Positions 59,137 through 64,000 of a stretch of 64,000 bases of DNA are shown piece by piece. The position numbers and the translations under genes were made by a program. Origin of the DNA: Myxococcaceae bacterium (lineage in GTDB: Bacteria > Myxococcota > Myxococcia > Myxococcales > UBA5297); the NCBI GenBank assembly GCA_017500825.1, contig JAFVYB010000024.1:17193-81192 (forward strand). The letters are read 5' to 3'. Position 1 is the stretch's first letter, and every line of letters starts with the position of its first letter. The notes under the pieces were generated by a model. That model was given only the letters and a program-made list of their open reading frames with translations. It did not search any database and was not told the origin of the DNA.

Positions 59137-59910
59137 TCAGCCGCGAATGCGGAAATCGCGGATTTTGACGATGCCGTCCGCGAGCTGAGGCGCGTCCTGG
59201 CGGTGCTGCGTCAACAGGAACATCGAGACGGCGCCGGGGAAGATCTTCTGCAGCAGGTTGCTGTTGGCCGGCTCGTTCTCAAAGATGGCCACCACCTCGC
59301 CGATGCGGTCGAGATAGGCGGCGACGTTCTCTTTGAAGATGCCGTCGTCCTGGTCGAAGTCCTTCTTGGTCATGGTCATCGTGCCGACCACGCCCACCGG
59401 GAAGCCGCACATGCGCAGGGTCTCGGTCAGGCCGACCAGCATGTTCACGTCGCGGCCCGTCAGATAAATCACCGTCGCGCCCGCCTCGTAGACTTGGGAG
59501 ACGAAGTTCTTGGCGCCGGGCAGGGGCACGTCGAAGTGCTGGTAGTCGTCGGTGAAGAAGCGCTTGGCCCACTGCTCGGAGATGATCTCGCGCTCGCGCG
59601 GGTCGGTCACGCCCATGCCGTCGAGCGTCGCCATGGGGCCGTATTTGATGATGTCGAGGTCCTGGAGCGCGTTGCTGTCGATGGCCTTCACCAGCTGGGG
59701 CAGCTCTGACTCAAATTGGTCGGCGATCTGTCGCAGGATGTAGGCAGTGCGCGGGCGGTTGTCGAAGAGCGTTCCGTCAAGGTCGAAAATGGCCAGAGAC
59801 GAGGCCTGGCGCGCGGTCTTGGCCTGAATGCGCTCGATGACGCGCTGCAGGTAGGTGTTCTGGCGCTGCTGGTCGTCCTGGGTCCATGTGGTCGTCAAGG
59901 CGTCGGTCAT
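59137..59910 (-). CDS. HAD superfamily hydrolase
   Basis: IFDLDGTLFDN motif I. ATG at 59910 with AGGAGG upstream. Confidence 0.6.
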   Translation of the reverse strand: MTDALTTTWTQDDQQRQNTYLQRVIERIQAKTARQASSLAIFDLDGTLFDNRPRTAYILRQIADQFESELPQLVKAIDSNALQDLDIIKYGPMATLDGMGVTDPREREIISEQWAKRFFTDDYQHFDVPLPGAKNFVSQVYEAGATVIYLTGRDVNMLVGLTETLRMCGFPVGVVGTMTMTKKDFDQDDGIFKENVAAYLDRIGEVVAIFENEPANSNLLQKIFPGAVSMFLLTQHRQDAPQLADGIVKIRDFRIRG

Positions 59911-60117
59911 CGTTCCTCCTGAAAATCGAAAAGGCAGCGCCGACGCCGTCGAGATGAAGCGCCTCGCTGCCGAAAAAAGGCCGCGCAGAGTGGCAGTGCC
60001 GCCGCGAAAAACAAGCACCTAAAATTTGCGGTTTTCCGCTTGTCCGCCCGTGGCGCGTGAGGCAGGCGCCCGTCGCCTCGACCGGGGGGATCCGGCAGAG
60101 AGAAAGGGAGGCGTGAG

Positions 60118-61173
60118 GTGGCGATGTCAGTGGAAGGCGGCGCGCGCGCAGGTGTCCAGAAGGAGAGGCGGGCGGCAAAGCGCGAACTCATCGGCGAAAG
60201 TCCCGGAATGCGCCTCGTTCGCGACCTCATCGCGCGGGCGGCACTCTCGGACGCCACCGTGTTCGTCTTTGGCGAAAGCGGAACGGGCAAGGAACTGGTC
60301 GCGCGCGCCCTGCACGAACGTTCGCCTCGCTGCCGCAAGCCATTCGTGGCGGTCAATTGCGCTGCCTTGAACGAGTCCCTGCTCGACAGCGAGCTGTTTG
60401 GCCATGTCAGGGGCGCCTTCACCGGCGCGATCCGTTCCCGCCGGGGCCTTTTCGAAGAGGCGGACGGCGGCACGCTCTTCATCGACGAGATCACTGAGAC
60501 GAGTTCCGGCTTCCAGGCCAAGCTCCTGCGCGCTCTCCAGGAGAGGGAAATCCGGCGCCTCGGCGACAACAGCGCCATCCACATCGACGTGCGCGTCATC
60601 GCCGCGACCAACCGCGATCCGACGCTTGCCATCCGCGAAGGGCGCCTGCGCGAGGACCTCTTCTATCGGCTCAACGTCGTCCCCCTGGCCGTCCCCCCGC
60701 TGCGCGATCGCCCCGAGGACATCCCGCTGCTCGCCCGCCACTTTCTCCAGCGCGCCGCATCGGCCCAGGGCAGGCGGCTGACACTCTCAGACGAGGCGCT
60801 CGAACACCTGCGCGCGCGGACCTACCCGGGCAATGTGCGCGAACTGGAAAACGCCATCGAACGCGCCGTGGCCCTCGCCACTTCGGAGGTGCTCGGCCCA
60901 GAGAATTTCCCCCTCGACGCGACCGCCAAACCCCTCGACGCGATTGCCGCCGACCACGACACCCCAGCGGAAGACCTGATCCTCGACATCCAGCTCCATC
61001 ACGGGCTCGCCGAGATCCTGGAGCAGGTCGAGCGCGCGCTCATTACCAACGCGCTGGCGCACTTTTCAGGCGATCTCGAACTCGTGGCAGAGGCGCTCAA
61101 AATCTCACCGACCACGCTCTGGCGAAAAATGCGCCGCCACGGCCTCAAGCCCCCCAAACCCGGCGATTCATGA
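60118..61173 (+). CDS. sigma-54-dependent transcriptional activator lacking an N-terminal sensory/receiver domain (PspF-like: AAA+ + Fis-type HTH)
   Basis: GESGTGKE Walker A, GAFTGA loop, ESELFGH, C-terminal HTH ISPTTLWRKMRRHGL. Only ~25 aa precede the AAA+ core. Confidence 0.85.
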   Translation: MAMSVEGGARAGVQKERRAAKRELIGESPGMRLVRDLIARAALSDATVFVFGESGTGKELVARALHERSPRCRKPFVAVNCAALNESLLDSELFGHVRGAFTGAIRSRRGLFEEADGGTLFIDEITETSSGFQAKLLRALQEREIRRLGDNSAIHIDVRVIAATNRDPTLAIREGRLREDLFYRLNVVPLAVPPLRDRPEDIPLLARHFLQRAASAQGRRLTLSDEALEHLRARTYPGNVRELENAIERAVALATSEVLGPENFPLDATAKPLDAIAADHDTPAEDLILDIQLHHGLAEILEQVERALITNALAHFSGDLELVAEALKISPTTLWRKMRRHGLKPPKPGDS

Positions 61174-61287
61174 CCGCGGCCGCGCGCCGGCGTGCCCCTG
61201 CCGCGCCGCCGGAAACCCTTCTTGAATCCCCCTTGGGCGCTTGCTACGAACCCGCGCTTTTTTTTGGGCCCCATCCCTGGAGGAACC

Positions 61288-62157
61288 ATGCGCCGCATCT
61301 GCCTTGCCACCGCCCTCACCGTCGCTCTGCTGAGCGCGAGCTCCGCCTGGGCAACGTCCGCTGAAGATTTCAAAATTCATCAGCTGGGGAACCCTGCGGA
61401 ACCGGCGGCGGACATGCGCTTTCGGCTGTTCGCGAACCAGCTCGGCGTGGCGCTCTCCGGCTTCAACTTCTCCCCGGCCCAGACGCTCGGCCACTCGGGC
61501 TTTGGCGTCTCTCTCGAATACGGCGTCGCCAAGATCGATTCTGCGTATTGGCCCCGCTATTCGCAGGGCGACTCCAACTTCGTCTTCCTGCCGTCGCTGC
61601 ACGTGCGCAAAGGCCTCGGCTTCTCCTTCGAGCTCGATGGCCGCCTCACCTACCTGCAGAACTCCCGCATGGCCGCCGGCACCCTGGCGCTCAAATGGGC
61701 GCTCAACGAAGGCTTCACCTACGCCCCCGACTTCGCCGTGCGCGGCCACGTGACCAAGCTCTTCGGCGCCACCGACTTCGACCTGACGACAGCTGGCGTC
61801 GATGTGGGCATCGGCAAGGAGTTCGGCCTTGGCGGCGTGATGACCCTGACGCCCTACATCGGCTGGAACCTGCTCTTCGTTCACGCCACCTCGCGCCTGA
61901 TCGAGACCGAGCCCACCCGCGACGAAGCCACGGCGATGAGCGAGCCATTGGCCACGCTCAATTATTTCAGCACCGTCGACATGGCCGACAACTTCTCCCA
62001 CCGCTTCTACGGCGGCCTGCGCTTCATCTTCGCCACCGCTGTCGAGATCGGCCTGGAGTTTTCCTACACGCGCATCAGCGTCTCGCACGACATCGAGGAA
62101 CTCCCCACGCAGATGGACGTGATGACCTTCGGCGGCAAATTCGGCGTCGACTTCTGA
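61288..62157 (+). CDS. putative outer-membrane beta-barrel protein
   Basis: GGAGGAACC-ATG. Signal peptide MRRICLATALTVALLSASSAWA. Alternating amphipathic strands. C-terminal ...FGVDF (terminal aromatic) is typical of OMP barrels. Confidence 0.5.
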   Translation: MRRICLATALTVALLSASSAWATSAEDFKIHQLGNPAEPAADMRFRLFANQLGVALSGFNFSPAQTLGHSGFGVSLEYGVAKIDSAYWPRYSQGDSNFVFLPSLHVRKGLGFSFELDGRLTYLQNSRMAAGTLALKWALNEGFTYAPDFAVRGHVTKLFGATDFDLTTAGVDVGIGKEFGLGGVMTLTPYIGWNLLFVHATSRLIETEPTRDEATAMSEPLATLNYFSTVDMADNFSHRFYGGLRFIFATAVEIGLEFSYTRISVSHDIEELPTQMDVMTFGGKFGVDF

Positions 62158-62236
62158 GCCCAGCCGCTTCCCCCGCGCGGGCAGCCCCCTTTCGAGTCAG
62201 ACGGCGCTCTCCTCTCTTTGGGAGCGCCGTTTTCGT

Positions 62237-63067
62237 TTGCCGATCCCATTCGCCATTCCCCCGCGGGAGACTCTCCCCCTCGCCATCATGACCCGACTCG
62301 TCGCCATCGCCCGACTCCTCATCGCCATCCCGCCCTTCCTCGTCGCCCTCTGCGTCCTCGGCAACCTCATGATCGTTGGTGGCCTCTTCACGCGGCGCTT
62401 CCATCCGGCCCTCTTCCGCGCCTGGGCCCGCGTCACCATCTGGGTCGCCGGCCTGCGCCTCACCGTCGACGGCAGGAACCACATCGATCCCGGGCGGCAA
62501 TACATCTTCGTCTGCAACCACCAGAGCCTCCTCGACATCCCCATCGTCACCGCCTCGCTGCCGCAGCCGCCGCGCTTCGTCGCCAAGAGCTCCCTCGACC
62601 GCATCCCCTTCTTCAGCGCCATCATGCGCCAGCTGGGCACCATCACCATCGACCGCGCCAACCACCGCGAGGCCATGGAACGCCTCCGCGACGCCCAGCG
62701 CTCACTGGCCCGCCACCGCGACGCCATCGTCTTCTTCGCCGAGGGAACGCGCACCAAAGACGGCGAAATCGGCCCCTTCAAAAAGGGCGCAGTGATGACG
62801 GCCCTCTCCCTCCAGGTGCCAATCGTCCCCATCGCTCTCGCCGGCGCTTTCGAAGCTCTGCCGCGCGGACGATTCGCCCTGCATCCAGGCCCGGCTCGCG
62901 TGGCCATCGGCGCGCCCATCGAGGTCGGCAGTGACACACCCGAGGAAAAAGACCGCCTGATGCGCCTCGTCCAAACGCGCGTCGGCGAACTCTACGAAGG
63001 CATCCGCCACAACCTGACCGACACTCCCCCCGACGACGCGACCGATGACGCGCTCAAGGCGGCCTGA
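62237..63067 (+). CDS. plsC: 1-acyl-sn-glycerol-3-phosphate acyltransferase (LPLAT family)
   Basis: NHQSLLD (HX4D), FAEGTRT, PIVPIAL motifs. The start may be the internal Met at 62288. Confidence 0.8.
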   Translation: MPIPFAIPPRETLPLAIMTRLVAIARLLIAIPPFLVALCVLGNLMIVGGLFTRRFHPALFRAWARVTIWVAGLRLTVDGRNHIDPGRQYIFVCNHQSLLDIPIVTASLPQPPRFVAKSSLDRIPFFSAIMRQLGTITIDRANHREAMERLRDAQRSLARHRDAIVFFAEGTRTKDGEIGPFKKGAVMTALSLQVPIVPIALAGAFEALPRGRFALHPGPARVAIGAPIEVGSDTPEEKDRLMRLVQTRVGELYEGIRHNLTDTPPDDATDDALKAA

Positions 63068-63736
63068 ATGACCATCTCCCCCTCACCCGCGCCGCCCTCC
63101 GCCCCGTCACGCGCCGCCCTCTACACACCGCGCGAAGAGCGGGCCAACGCCCTGACCCACGCCGCCGGCATCCTCCTCTCCCTCGCCTTCCTCAGCGCCC
63201 TCCTCGTCAAGGCCCAGGGAGCGGCCCAACTGTGGAGCGCCATCGCCTTTGGCGGCGGCCTGCTGCTGACCTTCACCGCCTCGACGCTCTACCACGCGGC
63301 GCGCGCGCCCTCGCTCAAACGCCGCCTGCGCATCCTCGACCACGCGTCAATCTACGTGCTCATCGCCGGCACCTACACACCCTACATGGTGCTGGCCCTG
63401 CCCAAACAAGGCGGCCTGCCCATGACAGCGGCCATCTGGACCGCGGCGCTCGTCGGCATCGCCATCGAATGCCTCTGGCTCAACCGCCCCAAATGGCTCA
63501 TCGCCGGTCTCTACGTCGTCCTCGGCTGGTGCATCATGATCAAAGGCGCGGCCATTTACGCGACAGTGGGCGCGGAAGGCTTTTGGCTCCTCATCGCCGG
63601 CGGAGCGAGCAGCACCCTTGGCGTCGCCTTTTATGTGCAAAAGAAAAAAGAATTTATGCACGCCCTGTTCCACATGTTTGTTTTCCTGGCGACAATACCG
63701 GCGTATTGCTCGATTTATTTTTACGTCTTCAAATAA
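63068..63736 (+). CDS. hemolysin III / PAQR family membrane protein
   Basis: 7-TM with conserved HAAG, SxxYH, HxxxH motifs (ALTHAAGILL, TLYHAAR, HALFHMFVF). Confidence 0.8.
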   Translation: MTISPSPAPPSAPSRAALYTPREERANALTHAAGILLSLAFLSALLVKAQGAAQLWSAIAFGGGLLLTFTASTLYHAARAPSLKRRLRILDHASIYVLIAGTYTPYMVLALPKQGGLPMTAAIWTAALVGIAIECLWLNRPKWLIAGLYVVLGWCIMIKGAAIYATVGAEGFWLLIAGGASSTLGVAFYVQKKKEFMHALFHMFVFLATIPAYCSIYFYVFK

Positions 63737-63878
63737 ATCTGGAACTCCAACGCACTCCTTTAAAAGACGCATTTCCACTATGGCGCCGCGCAAAACAATG
63801 CGCTTGACGCGCACGGAATTTCAAATCCGCTTTAGCGCGGGGCAATTTAATTTTATTTTGATATCAATTTGAACCTGA

Positions 63879-63896
63879 ATTTGCTCGATTTAATTT
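63879..63896 (-). repeat. AT-rich intergenic box AAATTAAATCGAGCAAAT (copy 2, reverse strand)
   Basis: Reverse complement of atttgctcgatttaattt; identical to the 14344-14361 copy. Confidence 0.7.
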
Positions 63897-64000
63897 ATTC
63901 AAAAAACGAGCATTCTCCCCCCAAACGGGATCCCCCAAATGATTGGCTGATTTTAATTTGGCCAACGTGTATTTTGACGGGGCGGAGGTGCTGGAGGGAG

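Noticed and set aside
61174-61287. Possible sigma-54 -24/-12 promoter (ttgggcgcttgct) upstream of the OMP-like gene downstream of the bEBP
   Set aside because: The GG-to-GC spacing is ~8 nt instead of the canonical 12. Not a credible match.

Overview
High-GC (~68-70%) bacterial chromosomal window, most likely Myxococcota. The evidence is two secreted proteins with MYXO-CTERM-like C-terminal tails, a CarD/CdnL regulator, a Roadblock/LC7 (MglB-like) protein, a family-1 encapsulin, sigma-54 activators and FHA proteins. No rRNA, convincing tRNA, CRISPR array, transposase or integrase was found, so this looks like a core/housekeeping region rather than a mobile island. There are about 50 protein genes. 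Housekeeping genes include gap, a truncated pgk remnant, gpmI, rpe, rsmB, prmC, lpdA, uppP, maf, sppA, plsC, ubiB, comEC, pilD and a dCMP deaminase. Envelope genes are GHL10-family lipoprotein, AmpG, tandem-SGNH hydrolase, PAP2, a 1161-aa Ig-like adhesin and an OMP-like barrel. There is also a 1478-aa acyl-CoA dehydratase/activase fusion behind a TetR regulator. The less conventional observations are: (i) a phosphoglycerate kinase reduced to its N-domain beside an intact gap, followed by 500 bp of AT-rich non-coding DNA; (ii) a recurrent AT-rich 14-18-nt motif (AAATTAAATCGAGCAAAT) shared by several AT-rich intergenic islands up to 50 kb apart; (iii) a second recurrent box (C)CGTCTAAAAAC flanking the TetR gene and embedded as a tandem 45-bp repeat inside a lipoprotein gene; (iv) an orphan family-1 encapsulin shell gene with no adjacent cargo; (v) an ampG-radical SAM-tandem SGNH hydrolase-pilD co-directional cluster; (vi) a 94-bp tandem duplication of the 3' end of a DUF3467 gene; (vii) an SppA protease with a 300-aa beta-rich N-terminal extension. 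Gene starts were refined by eye from RBS context. The supplied ORF track uses ATG/GTG/TTG as starts and often over-extends N-termini. Many long ORFs on the opposite strand of real genes are GC-skew artefacts.
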